NCBI GenBank assembly: GCA_964106645.2
Contig: OZ067039.1
Origin: Podarcis pityusensis
Taxonomy: Eukaryota
Length of the DNA: 64,000 bases
Strand: one strand, 5' to 3'
Below are positions 37,101 through 51,398 of the stretch, one piece after another. Made by a program: the position numbers and the translations under genes. Every line of letters begins with the position of its first letter. Within the stretch, counting starts at the first letter, position 1. Under the pieces are notes generated by a model. That model was not told where the DNA came from, made no database searches, and saw only the letters and a list, made by a program, of their open reading frames with translations.

Positions 37101-40100
37101 CCCCCTTAAATTGGCTCGGGTGGGCAGGGGGGTTTGGAGAGTCCCTGCAGCAGCATGCGGGGGGAGGAGAGGGCTGATCATTTCACCATCAGAAATGCTT
37201 CTGCTGACAGAGAAATCTGCTTAGTGCTAGCTGGATAGCTCAGTGGGTTAGAGCATGGTGCTGAAAATGCCAAGGCTGCAGGTTTGATCCCAGCTGCATA
37301 TTCCTGTATTGCAGGGGGCTGCATTAGATTATCCATGGGGTTCCTTCCAACTCGATAATGATGATGATGTACTATTTATACCCCTCCCATCTGGCTGGGT
37401 TCACCAAGCAACTCTGGGTGGCTCCCAACAGAATATTAAAAACACCAAACATTAAAATCTTCCCTTCAGATGTCTTCTAAAAGTCAGATAGTTGGTTATT
37501 TCCTTGACATCTGATGGGAGGGTTTTCCACAGGGTGGGCGCCACTACCGAGAAGGCCCTCTGTCTGGTTCCCTGTAACCTCACTTCTCGCAGGGAGGGAA
37601 CCGCCAAAAGGCCCTCGGCGCTGGATCTCAGTGTCTGGGCTGAACGATGGGGTGGAGATGCTCCTTCAGGTATATGATCACAAAATTCTGAACAGCTACA
37701 CAGAATTTAGCCCATTGTCTCTGTGGTTCGCCTTGCTCTGGGGCAAACTCAGCATCCTATGGTGGCGGGGGTGGGTGGGTGTGATTTGGGAAAGGCTTTT
37801 GTCTCCCTTCCCTCATGAAAGTGTCCTTAACGCTGTGATGCTCTTCCCTCCACAGGATGCAGAATGACATGAAGCAGCCGGTGCATCTGCGGCGGAAGTG
37901 AGTGTCCAGATTGCAGAGGGGGGTTGTACAGGAGATGCACAAGTGCGGGAGAGGCAAATAATAGCATTAAGGAGGCGGACCCTGTGAAAGCCTTTATCCC
38001 TCCGTAAAGGGTTGTATTGAAGCTGCATGGCCACAGAGGGGCAGCATGGATCCTCAAATTCCAATTGTTTGAAGCTCAAAGACACCTTTCTGAATCAGGA
38101 CAGCACCCCCTGGCAACCAAAGCCCAGGGTTCTATAAGTCCCTACTAGATCTGGAAGAGTCTATAGTTGCAGCCTTCTGTCTGGTGTGGCCAGCAGAAGT
38201 AGCAGCTGCAGCAAGATGGGTTTAGGTGTCTAATATGGTCTCTCTTTGCTTTCTAGCTACTCACATGCTCTGGATGGGTTGTATCGGGTGCTTCGTGAAG
38301 GTAAGGATTTGGTCAGCGCGCAGTGTGGCTAGTTTGAGCTTCTGAGAGGCCACAGGGAGCTCACCCTGAATGAAAGAAATTGGCCTTGGGGAGAATCTGC
38401 TGCAGCCTCAGTCCCCTTTTCTATATGGAAGTGGGAGCTGTTAGGTTACAGGCCAGTCCCGGTGCCAGGAAGCTGGCAAAACCAGTGCCAGGAGGAGGGG
38501 CAACACCATCCAAGGCAAACTACCTGGAAGTAAAGCTGGTGGCAGGATGAGAGCCTGCGAAAGTTGCAGGTACAGCCTTTGTTTAGTGGCTCTTTGGGAT
38601 CAGTGATGGGAGCCACTTGCAAGCTCCTCTTGAGTCTGGCAGCCGCTGAACGTTTGGAAGGGAGAGGGGTGAGTAAGCTGATGGGAAGTGCAGGGGAATA
38701 TGGTGACCTGGAGTTCACACGGGTAGAATTCAGAGTTGACCACATACTTGGCTTCTAGAGCGTCACAGAGAACAAGCATATGGGGCCCAGGGAAAAGGGA
38801 GAGAGGAGACTAAAAGGGTTGTCCCTTTGTGTGTGTTAGAGGGGGGCAATGGGGGGAGAGGGAGATTGGCAAGTGGAGAAAATAAGACCCACCCCTCCTG
38901 CCTTTAAAGTCCAGTGGAAGGATGAGGAATGGTAGCTTCCTGCTCCATGTTGCTCTGGAAATTGAGGAGAAAAGGCAAGGAGCAGAGTCTACAAGTCATG
39001 CAGCCTTCACTGGTTCAGATCCACTGTGGCTTGCCCCTAGGCAAGTGCGCATAGATTGGCAGCTGGACTGGGTTTCAAAAAGTGAAACTGTGCAAGAGCA
39101 GAGAGACCCAGTCTGAGCGACTGCCCCTGTCCTCTGTCCCTGATTAGTTTCAGCAGTGTTCTCTCTTCCACAGGCATCTAATAGGAGATCTTATCTTCTC
39201 TGATGCTTTGATTTCTAACCACAGATTTATATTTTAATCTTCCAACCACAGATATTTTATTGTGATGGGGCATCAGTATCTCTGCCCTATCAAGGCTTCT
39301 GATCGTCTGGCTTTGGCTAAATGAGGAGCTATTTCATAGCCTTTTAAAACCAGCCTGTGCTAGAATACAGTGAAGTCTTTTATGGATTGGCTCTGCTTTC
39401 TAAGCACCTAGTAGATTATAACCTCATTCCTGTATCTTTGGGAGCAATAGAGGATATCCATTCCTGGGCAGTGTCTTAGGGGCTGGGAGGCTGTGGTTTC
39501 TGAAGAGTTGACGAGCAGAAAAGCACTGCTGTTTGTAGACTGTGCAACCTGGTGAGCTCTACCCTGTATACCCCATGCCTTGAATCCCTTTTGTCTTTGC
39601 AGAGGGTGTGAAGAAATTGTTCTCGGGAGCTTCAATGGCAGCAAGTCGAGGGGCCCTGGTTACCGTTGGACAGGTAGTGATACAAAAAAGAGCCATAGTT
39701 GCTGGTGGATGTGCACCTAAATCCAGCCTACATGTGTGCATATTTAGCTAGGCATATACCCACCACAATGCACATCAAGGCCATATCTATATGCCCACTT
39801 TTCATCCCAGGCATGAAATCGATTGACATGTTCTCTAGCCACCTGGGGAGGGAAAATAGGATTTAGTACAAATCCTGTCCTGTTACAGTCAGATGTAATG
39901 GAAGAGACACCCTCTCTGCATGCAGGGTAAGATTTCTAGTCCAGGCATGACTTCCCCACAAGAGCCAGTCTTCCCATAGGGAGGCTATAGGCAGCTGCGT
40001 TCAGACAGCAGGATGCAGAAGGCAGCATGTGTTTGCAAAACCTGCAGACAGCACTAATAGCTTTTGACTCAAAACGTTAAAATGTTTGAAGGCTTCTCTT

Positions 40101-42685
40101 AGTCTCTGGGCCCAAGGGTAACAGGTTAGTTTGTAGGTTCCTTCGTACTGTCTCTCCTGTCTCTGGGGCTGCAAGGGGGTGGGGGTGAGAGGAGAGGTCA
40201 GGCTCTGTAGCAATTGTTTTCTCAAGGTGAGAGATTTGTGCAAAAGGGTGTAAAAGCACAAGTGACCCGGTGTAGGCTGGAGAATGAGATCCTATATTTC
40301 CCAGTCCACCTGTGTCCTCAGCATATTGGCTTAGGGCTTTTAAAGATGGGTTAGGCCAGGGGTGGGGAACCTGCAGCCCTCCAGATGCTATTGGACTCTC
40401 ATCACCCCCAGCCAGCAAAGATAATAACAAGGGTTGGTAGTCTAGAGAGCCCCAAGTTCCCCCGGATTAGGCCAACAACTTCCTTGTCTTCCTGGCAGTA
40501 CTGATGAGACAGGAGATTTGTCCAAGAGGGCTGAGGATTAGTCACACTTTTGCCACTTGTCCTCCTGATACACTGCAGGGGCTGGTGCCGCTGTCTTGCC
40601 TGATCCCTTGTGGTTCAACAGAGAATGGACACTCCGTTTCAGGGCCAGTCTCTCTGCTTGCTCATGAGTGCTGGGAGATTTGGGGCCAGTCTCACATCTT
40701 TCTGCTTCTCTGCAGCTCTCCTGCTACGACCAGGCTAAGCAGTTGGTTCTTGGGACCGGTTTCCTCTCCGACAATATTCTCACCCATTTCTTGGCCAGCT
40801 TTATTGCTGTAAGTGGATACCTGGGTGTGGGTGCAAAGTCAAGGATTTTATTTTGTTTGTGTGTGTGTATTCATTGGGGCTATGGCGTCTTCGCTCCATA
40901 GGACCCACACACATTTCCCCTTCATTTTTGAAGGGGAAAAAGTGTGTCCTATAGAGCGAAAAATACGGTATCTACCATACTTGACTGGGGCTTGTTTTGG
41001 GCTTGGTGGGGACCATACATTGTTTAAGCCTGTACTAGGCTCATGACTGCTTTGTAGCTCCTTTGTAAAGCTGTTACATTACTGAGCATCTGCTTGGACC
41101 CAGTAGTTAGTCTACTGGGTGCTGTTTGGAATGAATAAGACCATGAGCCTCTGGATTAAGGACTAATGGAGAGAGCAAGGTTTGACAAAGGGGAAAAAGT
41201 AAAAGGGAAGGTAGGGCTAATAGCAGGCACTGCAGTGTAGAAGAGGTTTTGCCCAAGAAGTTGGTTTTATAGAAGGCTTTGAAAGGTTGGTGAGAAAGAG
41301 AATTAGCTGGATAGAGGGATGGGGTTCTTTAAGGTCTGGGGCACTATGAAGGAGGTGCTTCAGGGAACTATATATTCCAGTGCAGATCATGCAAGATGAT
41401 TTTGTGGCCTCTACCCATTTATTCTGCTCCATGGCTTAAAAACACAGCACATGCCACACACTAATTTTAGGTAACTGTTTGGTAAACCAGTGGTCTGCAA
41501 CTAGAGAGAAATGCCTTGCCACTCCCCTGCTTCATCACTGGATTTCTACTCTTAACACAGCGGTGGGGTGAGATATCGCCCTTTCCTCCAACTACCACGT
41601 AGCAGTATGTCAGTTGATAACTAGCTTATCAAGTGGGCGTGCTTCTAGTGACATTCACGCCATGCCCTGTAACACAGGATTTCAAAAAGGCTCTGCTGCC
41701 ATCACACACACACCCCTTTTCATTGCAGGGAGGATGTGCCACATTCCTGTGTCAGCCCTTGGATGTGCTGAAGACACGCCTTATGAACTCCCAGGGGGAG
41801 TATCGGGTGAGTGATCTGATCCCTGTCAATGGCTGTCCTGATTTCCAGTCTCTTGATTCATTGGTTGCTTGAACTAAGCATCATCCTATAGATATCACTG
41901 GCCTTCTGGCCAGCTTTCTGTTTTTTCTTTTGCTGCTGCTTGGTGCCATGCCCCTGAGCATCATTCTGGCTGCTGCAGCGCTTCATCAGTTTGTGACTGG
42001 CAGAGATTGAGCCTTGTAAGGAGAGGAATGGGATCTGTACAGGGGGCTGCCTGGGCATGGGCTGACTTCTTTCTCATTCTCTCTCAGGGTGTCGTGCACT
42101 GTGCAATGGAGACAGCCAAGCTTGGGCCACTGGCATTTTATAAGGTAATGCAGATGCAGCAGAAGCATCGATGGGTGATTGCACCAAGTAGACCAGGCAC
42201 GCAATCCAGACAGCACAACTCCTAGCCCTTCCTAGTCCTGCATTCCTGCCCTTTTGGTCCCCAGCCACTGTGCTTCTCCAGTTTGCCTCCCTATTCCCAA
42301 GATGGCTCCACTGCCTCCCTTGCATCCCTTCCCCTGCTCAAGTGCTACAGCTGCATGCCAGGCTACCTGGCCTTTAGGTGATGCCAAGTGAGTGAAAAAG
42401 CCTCATATGACTCCAGATACTGGAGTAGATGCATGGGATCAAAATCTGGGCTTCTCTCCACTGGGACCCTTTGCCAGCTGCCTCTTTTTCAAGCCCCACC
42501 TTCCCTCCTTGGTCTAGCTGTGCAGCTTGCGGCCACGATTCCAGGATTGACAGAAGCTGACCATAACCAATTTCCTCTTCTAGGGCCTTGTTCCTGCTGG
42601 CGTCCGCTTGGTCCCTCATACGGTGCTCACCTTTGTTTTCCTGGAGCAGCTGCGCAAAAACTTTGGGATCAAAGTGTTGGCCTGA
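30946..42685 (+). CDS. SLC25A10: Mitochondrial dicarboxylate carrier, 11 coding exons, 286 aa
   Basis: join(30946..31035,35576..35695,36674..36788,36877..36925,37856..37897,38257..38300,39603..39673,40716..40808,41729..41806,42088..42144,42584..42685) = 861 nt, all GT-AG. Starts MVEKRVSRWYFGGLASCGAACCTHPLDLLKVHLQTQQE, has three carrier signatures (HPLDLLK, TPADMVNVR, QPLDVLKTR) and ends LEQLRKNFGIKVLA*. Confidence 0.98.
34103..34135. repeat. (GATT)n microsatellite. Others: (CA)n 1360-1378, (GATT)n 31786-31805, (TTCA)n/(GCTT)n 57285-57330.
   Basis: Directly visible tandem repeats. Confidence 0.9.
34349..34490 (-). mobile_element. tRNA-Lys(CTT)-headed SINE with a CR1-derived tail (second copy 61620-61760, + strand)
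   Basis: Head GGGATAGCTTAGTTGGTAGAGCATGAGACTCTTAAATCTCCGGGTTGTGGGTTCTAGCCCCACATTGGGCG followed by the CR1 3' UTR CCTGCATTGCA..GGTCCCTTCCAACTCTAC..GATTCTA. Confidence 0.8.
37231..37355 (+). mobile_element. tRNA-Ile-headed SINE with a CR1-derived tail (second copy at about 59945-60099)
   Basis: GGATAGCTCAGTGGGTTAGAGCATGGTGCTGAAAATGCCAAGGCTGCAGGTTTGATCCC resembles tRNA-Ile and is followed by ATTCCTGTATTGCAGGGGG..CCTTCCAACTC. Confidence 0.7.
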
Positions 42686-44539
42686 GGGAGAAGAGGGCCT
42701 GCCTTAGTCAGAGGCATAAACCTGGAGGACCGGGGGCGGGGAGGGCTTGGACACTACGACCCCCACAGTGCCCGGGTATCACACAATATTCCTTTGCCAA
42801 GGTGAGGCATTATTAACAGTGCCCTTTTTAGCGCTGCGGCACCAGCTGAACTCTCGCAGAATGCCCCCTTTCAGTGCCTGACAGTTTCTCACAGCTGCTA
42901 GCCAACCCTTTGGCATTGCTTGGTGCCTGATGGTATGACAGACAGCCAATCAGAACTCTCTCCTTTAGTGCCCAGTAGCAGTGAGCGGCCAACCTCTTCC
43001 CACAATGCCTTTCTCCTATGCCCAGCAGTTCACTGGAGCCTCCATTCATTGCCGTTAGCAGCAGCACCACAATACTGTCTGCCGTGCAGTAGTAACCCTG
43101 CTGACCCCACAGCATCTCCTCTTAACGCCCAACAGCCCCACGAATGCCCTTGTCTTGCCCGTTGGCATTGCAACATTTGCTACCACTCGCTACAGGAGCC
43201 CTGCAAGACTGAAGTTGCTCCTGCGCTGTGCCATGGGCAGTAACTTGCCTCTTCTGCAATACCACCATATTTCTCTGTCCTCTCAGTCTCCTTCGTTGTT
43301 TCTTTGGGGGGGGGGGGAGTTGGGTGCCACGGCCTCCCATCTCCCATTCACCTTGCCATGCTGAGCACTGCTTTCTCCCCTGCTCTTCTGGAGCAGACGT
43401 GCATCTCCATGTGGGGAGGTAGAAACTTAATAATAATAATAATGTTCTCTGTCCATTTTTAAATGTTTACGAGTGAACTGGAGAGGGGTTCTATTAGTTA
43501 ATGGTGGGGCTGTCGATAGCAATACACCTGGCGGGCACCTTTTCCTTCTTACCCTTCAGCGTCCCAGATTTTTAAATGTTTCTACGAACACAAGGTTTCC
43601 CTCACTGCGTCCGGCCTCCTCCCTTTATCCTACCTCAGTCTCTTCTTAACCCTCAGGTCTGCTGTATGTGGCACGGATGGCCCCTTGTATTTAACTGTGA
43701 CTGGTAGTAGTGGTAGCATAGGGCAAGCAACACCGCAGTCTACGGCCGGCCTAGCAAGCCTTGCCTCCTTCATTTTGCTTCTCGCTTTAACCTTGTTCAG
43801 CCAAAGCCTCCTGAAACCAAAGGGCCTCCTGGGGGAGGGGCACTAATGAGAGCAGAGAATAGGTTTCTGAGGTATTCCTCTAACTAGCAAGAGCCAAGTT
43901 AGCTCAGCCAGGGGGAGAGAACATTTGAATCCCTTGTGACACCTCCTTCGCTTCTCATGTACCCCAAGTGAGCAGGCCTCTTGGCATATGATGGTGGGGG
44001 GGGGCTGTCGTAAGTTGGCAAGGCCTTCACGGAGGATCTGGGACGGGGAGAACATGGTCCATATGACCCATGGCATGGGCTAAGGTTGCAGGGCAGGGGG
44101 AGGCCCTCTGTTTACTAGGTTTACTCTAGAGTAGGTGTCACAGATAGACATTGTGTGCCTCTTAAGCTGCCAAACTTTCCCTACTCCCTGCCCGATTTAT
44201 CCTCTGGCAGTTCCTCTGAGCCTCTTGGCAGCTTTGGAGGGAGCCTAGACGGCTGTGAAATCTTTCCACGTTGCCTTGCTTTTTCTGTGATGTTGTCAAG
44301 GCCCCATTCTGTAGCACTGAATTTTTTTTTAAAAAATGCCTCTGGATCCGGCCCACGCCTAATGAAGTGATTGTCGTATCGGCCATTTGTCCCTTGTTTC
44401 TGCTGGCCTTTGTTTTGCCGGCATGTGGTGCCCCCCTCACCGGTCAGCCCCCCCGGGTGTGAAGCGTCATTCCAGAGGGTAATGATTCTGCGGGGTCGAA
44501 GAGCCAGAGCAACTAAATCAGCACTTTTGTAATCATGAC

Positions 44540-44545
44540 AATAAA
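44540..44545 (+). terminator. SLC25A10 polyadenylation signal (about 1.9 kb 3' UTR)
   Basis: First AATAAA I found after the stop codon, followed by GT-rich GTGTTGCTTGTT. Confidence 0.6.
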
Positions 44546-45393
44546 GTAATTGTGAAAAGCAGGTGTTGCTTGTTCCTGAAGCGCCAGTCCCTTTCAATGT
44601 GTGTCATATGACTTCGGATTTACATCCTCCAAGTTCGCTCTGTTGGGAAAATGAGAAGGCTAAACGGTTTTGTACAGTGCTGTTATTTAAAATGTCCCTC
44701 AAATGTGGCGTATTGAACCATTTTTAGTTAACAGTTTCCAGAGAGAGAGAGAGAGACGTATTCTCATTTTCAACAGGTGCCAACCTAGCATGGTTGAGTG
44801 AGCAGGGCTAGTCCATGTCGCAGCAAATTGCTTCTGTTGCCAGACTTTAAGGAATTTGATGTCCAAATTGTGTAGATCCACTTTCTCCTATGCAGTATCT
44901 TGCTGTGGTACAAAGTGCAGTGGGAAGCTACAGGACTTAAGATTGAGTCCCTTTATTGTATGAGGCAAATGGTATAAACCCATGTAGGGGGGTGGACCAG
45001 TGTTAGAGCCTCCGCCTTACATACAGAAGGTCCCAGGTTCAGTCCCTGGAATCGGCAGCCCTGTTCTGTCTCAAACAGAGCATGAGGAAGCGGTGTCTCA
45101 AACACAGGTGTTGTCCCTAGTTATGGCTGCCAACATTTATCTACCCCATACTGTGTGGCTTGCATGAGAGGTGCGTCTGGACAAGGCGCTAATTGGGCTG
45201 TAGAAGAAGGCCAAGGGAATGCAAATTTGTCATCTTAACAAAGCTTAATTAGGTCTGGCAATAACAGCGCTTTGTTCCCAAGCCTGCTCTTTGAGCCGCA
45301 TTCCAGTATCCCCAGGTAAGAGCAACCTATGGACCTCTTAAGTGGCTGAGGCACATAGCGACAAAAAGACTGGAAGTTGTAGTGCTGTGGTAG

Positions 45394-45706
45394 GCAACGG
45401 GTGGCACTGTGGTCTAAGCCACTGAGCCTCTTGAACTTGCCAACCTAGCAGTTCGAAAGCACGCCAGCGCAAGTAGATAAATAGGTACTGCTGTGGTGGG
45501 AAGGTAAACAGCGTTTCTGTGTGCTCTGGCTTCTGTCACGGTGCTCAGTTGCGCCAGAAGTGGTTTAGTCATGCTGGCCACATGACCCAGAAAGCTTTCT
45601 GTGGACAAATGCTGGCTCCCTTGTCCTGAAGCGAGATGAGCGCCACAGCCCATAGTCTCCTTTGACTGGACTTAACCATCCAGAGGTCCTTTACCTTTAC
45701 CTTTTT
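45394..45706 (+). mobile_element. Sauria SINE
   Basis: GGGTGGCACTGTGGTCTAAGCCACTGAGCC..CCAACCTAGCAGTTCGAAAGCA..GTCATGCTGGCCACATGACC.. ending in an (ACCTTT)n tail. Confidence 0.85.
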
Positions 45707-47581
45707 ACTGCAACTCTCCCATCATCCTTGACCATTTGTCATGCAGGCTCTGGGAGTTGGGAGTCTAACAACATCTACAGAGCCACAGGTTCTTCACCCC
45801 TGGGGATCTGACTTGCACCCCTTTTATGACACATTAGATCCCTATGTCTTAGTGTGATTCTGGGGGCCAGCAGCTGTTGGTTGGCACTTATCCTCTGTTC
45901 CTTTCCCCAGTTTATTTAGCCTCTCCAAGTAGGATGCAGATTGGATACTGAAAGCTGTACTGTTCTGCACAGTACAGAGAGCTTACTGCCCGCAGAGGCA
46001 AGTGTGCCGCTCTTCCATTCTCCCCAGCTTGATGCATTCAGTGCTAGGTTGCTGCATGATGCATAAAGCACTGGAGCTGTGGAGATGGCTCCAGGCACTG
46101 TCGGCACTCAGCAGATGGAGCTTGGGTGCAGACTGTGCTCTCCGTAGCCCCAATTAGTGATGGAGAGGAGATAAGCATATGTGACTCCTGTCTCCTCTCT
46201 CACCCCTTCCAGCGTGTTGCCAGGATAACCTGGGTCTGGCTGACCTGTGCTGCAGCAGGACAGAGGGAGGTATCACACATTGCATTTTTTTAGAGGCATG
46301 TCCTGACGGTGCTTTCAATGCATGCCAAAAAAATGTAGCTCTAGCAAATGCCTGTTTGGCTATGCTTGTCAGGGAGCTAGGATTGAACATAATACAACTG
46401 CCTTGTTGGTCGCCAGCCAGACAATTTTGGGATGTCTACAGGTGGTGCATGAGCACAATACCCCTCTCTTGCTGCTGTTCTCCAGCTGCTGGTTTTTAGA
46501 AGCGTGCTGCCTCTTGTCCTGGAAATAGTATTCGTCCACCATGGCAGGTAGTTGTTTGATTTGCTGCTGCTGTGTGTAAAATTGACTACAGAACACTAAA
46601 GAAGATGTGGTCAGTCAGTCTTTTTTATGAATATATGCAACATCGTTCAGAGATGCCAAGAACCTAAGCTACATGGTGTGGTCCAGCAGCTGCACCCCTG
46701 TCAATTCACAAAATACATGCCAGGGTAGTTGGATGTTTCCTACGAAGGAAGCTTGTTTTTCCTAGGATGGAGCAAGGACTGCACAATATCCTGGCTTAGC
46801 AGGTGGGGTCAGGCCAGGAGGAAGCTGGCAAATACCTCTAACTTCTTGCCATTCCAAACAACTGCCAAATGAGTGTGGAGAGTGCTACAAAACACTGAAC
46901 AGAACTACACAATCCCTGATTTGAGTAGTGTCTTGGCTTTACACATTATTTATCCTATTTGTGCATCGCTCTGGCAAACCTAGGCACTGGGATCAGGTAT
47001 TCAGCTTCTAGTATTTGTTAGGCTTGACTTAATGGTCATAGTGGTGTAACTTTGCTTAGCCATGGAAGAAATGGCACAAATGACAAATGTCAACTGGGGC
47101 GGTGGCAAGGTGTGTGTGTAATTTAGTTCAACCAACATGCGTTTCAAACTCAGCCCCTCTTCTGAGTTGGTGCTTACTCCACAACTAAAAGGGTAGTCTG
47201 ACTTGCTTTCACGACTGCTACTGCTTCCAGTTGACTAGCGTAGTTTGGTTTAGGTAGCATAAGGTGCCCTGAGTAGTATAAGCAAGGGGATACCAGGCAG
47301 GGGTGCCAACTTGAATAAAATATTGGAGGGGGTGCCCAGGTAAGCCCTGCCCCACATGATGTGGCACACACCATTTGAAAGGCAATGCCCACCAACTTTT
47401 GGGGAGGCTAGCCCCTTCAAATATTTTATGGGGGGGCGAAGGGACCTCAGCCCCTACAAATTGGCTCCTATTCATACCTGGGACAGAAGCTGTTCAGCAC
47501 TGGTGCTTATGAATGCTCAGGGTTAGTTTATGCATTGACGCAGGATCAAGCTGTGAAGTTTTCCCTGCAGAGGCTGTAGCA

Positions 47582-47717
47582 CAGGCTTCCTCAACCTCAG
47601 CCCTCCAGATGTTTTTGGCCTGCAGCTCCCATGATCCCTAGCTAGCAGGACCAGTGGTCAGGGATGATGGGAATTGTAGTCTCAAAACATCTGGAGGGCC
47701 GAGTTTGAGGAAGCCTG
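47582..47717. mobile_element. hAT-type MITE. Related degenerate copies lie at about 58706-58835, 22441-22510, 40357-40460, 52950-53090 and 55540-55625.
   Basis: TIRs CAGGCTTCCTCAA...TTGAGGAAGCCTG with a perfect 8-bp TSD CTGTAGCA. Confidence 0.85.
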
Positions 47718-50700
47718 CTGTAGCACTTCATGCTGCATATAATTACAGTGCTCCCTCCTGAAACATTTCCCTTCATTGCACTCTCCTCGTTCACATGACA
47801 AATGTGTATGCAAAATGATATTTTTAAGGATGCAGCATGTTTCAATGTATAACACACATTCCGGTATGATGCCTGCTGCTATGTGGTTAGAATGTCAGCC
47901 TGGGACTGGGGAGACCAGTTCGAAACTCCATCAGCCATGCTCCTCACTAGGTGACCTTTAGCCAGTCATCCTCTTTTGATCTATCCTAACCCACAGGGTT
48001 GCTGGAAGGATAAAATGGGGGGGGACTGTGTGCTCCATCTGGAAAGTCTTGGAAGAAAGGTGAAATATTAACCTCATTTGATGTTGTTTTTTTACAATCA
48101 AGCAGTATATAAAGTTGATCAAATAAATAAATAAAATACAATAGACAAAACCTCAGACTACATACCACAAAACGAGCCTCCGGGTAATGTAATAAAATTG
48201 TAACTGACACTTTGTAAATGTTTTCTTTCGTCTGGGATAATGAAACAAGTGTTCAAAGTGATAGATGAAAACACAGATGTTGTTGTTGTCCTTCTGCTGC
48301 TATATTTCTTACATTTTTTTTGCCAGGTTTCCTCCCCATAGTGGCTCCCGCAACAGATATAAGTATTCTGGAAGCCTTCCTGAGAGCACCAAGCCAGGCA
48401 GCGTGATGCTCTTTCTGGATTCTCATTGGCTCTTAGCCGGCCCCCTAACACAGTGGGGAGGAGAGAATGGGAGCGATGTCACTGGCCAGCTACTGTTAAT
48501 TGCATGGTAGGAGCCAGCCATGTTCCTTTGAGTGCAGAACGAGCCGTCTGCTTGAACAATAATGGTTGGGAACTTCAGCATCTCACACTTGTTCAGGATG
48601 TTGAAATAGTTGCCAGGAGCTTTTGTTTGTTTGTAGAGATTTGTAGAACTACAAAAAGCGTAGAGAAAGAGAATAGAAATGTGTCTGTCTCAGATGGTGC
48701 AGTGGGTAAGACGGTGAATTTCTGCACCCTTCCACTGATCCAGCCACCTGCCCGTCACCGTTTAGCACTAAGAGTACCATCACCACTTTGCGGCTGCAAC
48801 AAAAGGGTCCATGGCACTCCTACAGGGATGTCCTCAGGGCCCTTCCACAGAGCAAGGCATATGGGGAGAGGGGGCCACAGAGAATGCCTACACCTCCACA
48901 TTGCTCTGGCAAATACAGCTTATCGAGCAGGAAACTGTTAAAACTTTAAATAGAGTTTCTTCTATTTGTCACAACTGTGACAAAGAAGCAGTGGGAGCAG
49001 GCACTTTTTAAGATCACCACAACTACAATGCCTTGCTGTGGAACAACTCTGTGGTCCCAGTTTGTTTTATTGTAATTGGATTCAGCAGCTTTACAGTTGC
49101 AACTTGCTATTTGATGTATTGCAAACTGCTTTGTGAGAAGATTGTTCTAAAAAGTGGCATTTTTAAAAAGCTTGGTCTTCTCTAGGTGAGCCTGTTCATC
49201 AGTTAAGATAGTGTTTGGACACATTTCTCTGGAGGTCTTCCAAAGCCTTTGGATAATGATGGCTGTCAGACAAGGGGCCTTTTCTGTGGTGGCAGCAGAA
49301 GAATGGATTTCCCTTCCTAGATGTGTTCACCTGGTACCCATGTTCCTATATTTTGGCTCCATGCAAAGACTGTCTTATTCTCTTGTTTGATGGTTACCAG
49401 ACGTCCCTGTTTTCCGGGGACAGTCCCTGGATTTACAAATCAGTCCCCATACAAAATTCATTGAAGTTGAAAAGTGTCCCCGGATTCATTGAAAAAAATC
49501 TGGTTACTATTGGTTAACTGCCTTGAGGCAAATGCAAAAGGCAAAGACATAAAACCATAAAATAAAACAAGAGGCAAATAACGTAATTCTGTTTCCCAGA
49601 CTGCTAAGACCCACTGTTGTCTGGTGAGAAAAGTGTAACTTTCAGGACAATAAAAAAGTGCCTCCTAAATAATTGATGGTGTTAATTTCCAACAGGTTGT
49701 TTTGATGGCCACTAGCTCAGACAGCTTGGGGGGGGGGGGAGAATAAGATAAATTACTGGAAAGCAGATTGAGAATTAGACAAATTAAGAATTAACAAAAT
49801 TACTGGAAGTTATGTTGGCAGCTGAGGCAGAAAAGTCCCACAGGTACCTTTCTCCCTCGTCAGCAACAACAGCAGCAAAATCAAATAAATTACAATTTGC
49901 TGCCCTTTCATGACACTCAAAATCAGTTTCCTGAGATGGCCCACCTCACTGTGCTTAATGGTAAGGTCTACATGAATAATTGCTAAAACTGAACTTGCAT
50001 GTTCAAAGGTTGTGAGCAAACAATAGTAAATGGCTGTCTCCAACCTGCCCTGCTTCTGAGCTGACCACCGTTGGAAACAGAGAGCTTCGGATATCAATAC
50101 GTAATAAACTTAGCCAAGCCTGGCCTACCTACTTAACTAACCCACTCAGCGAAGGAGGGTCTTGATTTCCCCCTTCAGTACAACTCTCAGGCTCTTGGGA
50201 GATGCTGTTGCATAATTCCCAGAGGCAGAAGACAAAAAAAAAAAAAAAAGCCCCTTCGAATGCTGCTACGCTAAGAGTAGCAGCAGCATGAAATTTACAG
50301 GCTAGAAGAGCATACAGCTGCAGGGCCAAGAGAATGTCTGGCATTTGTGTCCATCTGTATCCCAGGAAAAGAGGCATCCAGCGGTCCGATTAATGAGCAC
50401 ACAGCAGGGTTCCTTGGCCCGACACTGCCATTGTGAAAGGAAAGCTACCACTTAATATGTGTGTGTGTTGGGCGAGGCGGCGAGAAGAGGAGGGGGCCTG
50501 GGACACAATGGAGCAGAAGCTCACATTGCCAGAAGGGACAGTATCTAGTCCCAGTGGAAGCGAATTGAGAATCATTGAACCTTGGGCCAGCCCCTCAGTA
50601 AACAGGCCTGTGTTTGGCAGCACAGATGAGCGTGAGGAAGCAGGCCGAGCTTCTGTGGGGCCTAGCGGTGGGGTGGCCCTCAAAGATAAGAAGCAAACAC

Positions 50701-51398
50701 AGCAGCAGCACGGAACGGCAATATTTGAAAGCATCAGACTGTATCCAGCTAATTTTTGCTCACTTTGTAGACCCACTAAAATGAGTGGACTTAAGTTAGT
50801 CATGCCCATTGGTTTCAACAGGCCTACTCTGAGCACGAGTAACACTGGATGCAACCCATGGCGTATTAAGCGGCTACAGTGTGTGTTAGAGATCAACATC
50901 ATTTCCCCTTTTCTCCAAATTAATCAGTAGAGCTGTCAGAAAGCAATGATTTTAGGTCGTGGGGCTCTTGTAGGGCTTACCATCATGAAGCCCAGAGAGA
51001 TGTCTTGGCTATTTGCTGGCTGCACCAGATTTGACGAGAAATAAATTACAACATGACGTTTTCGTCGAGTTTGTATCCAGCAGCAGCCTTCCAGGAGAAA
51101 TGATTATGGCTTTCCTTCTGAAGCAAGAACAATTAGAAACTAAAGCAGACGGCCCTTAGCTGAGATGAATGGGCATAAACTAACCAAGGCTGAAAAAAAT
51201 ACTTGCTGTCCCGTTGATTTTGACACGAGAGTTACAGTGCAATGCTATGCCTGTCTATTCAGAGTTAAGTTCTGCTTGCTCAATGGGGACTATTCCCTAA
51301 CAGAGGATGAAAAACTTGTGGCCCTCTGTATGTTGTTGGGCCACTTCTCCTATCAGCAGAGGGACTGATTTACTTAATAGTTATTCAGATATTGCATA

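Noticed and set aside
50390-50930. Overlapping 165-170-aa ORFs on both strands
   Set aside because: No recognisable domain or exon structure, and part of the region is an old palindromic repeat (about 50736-50860).
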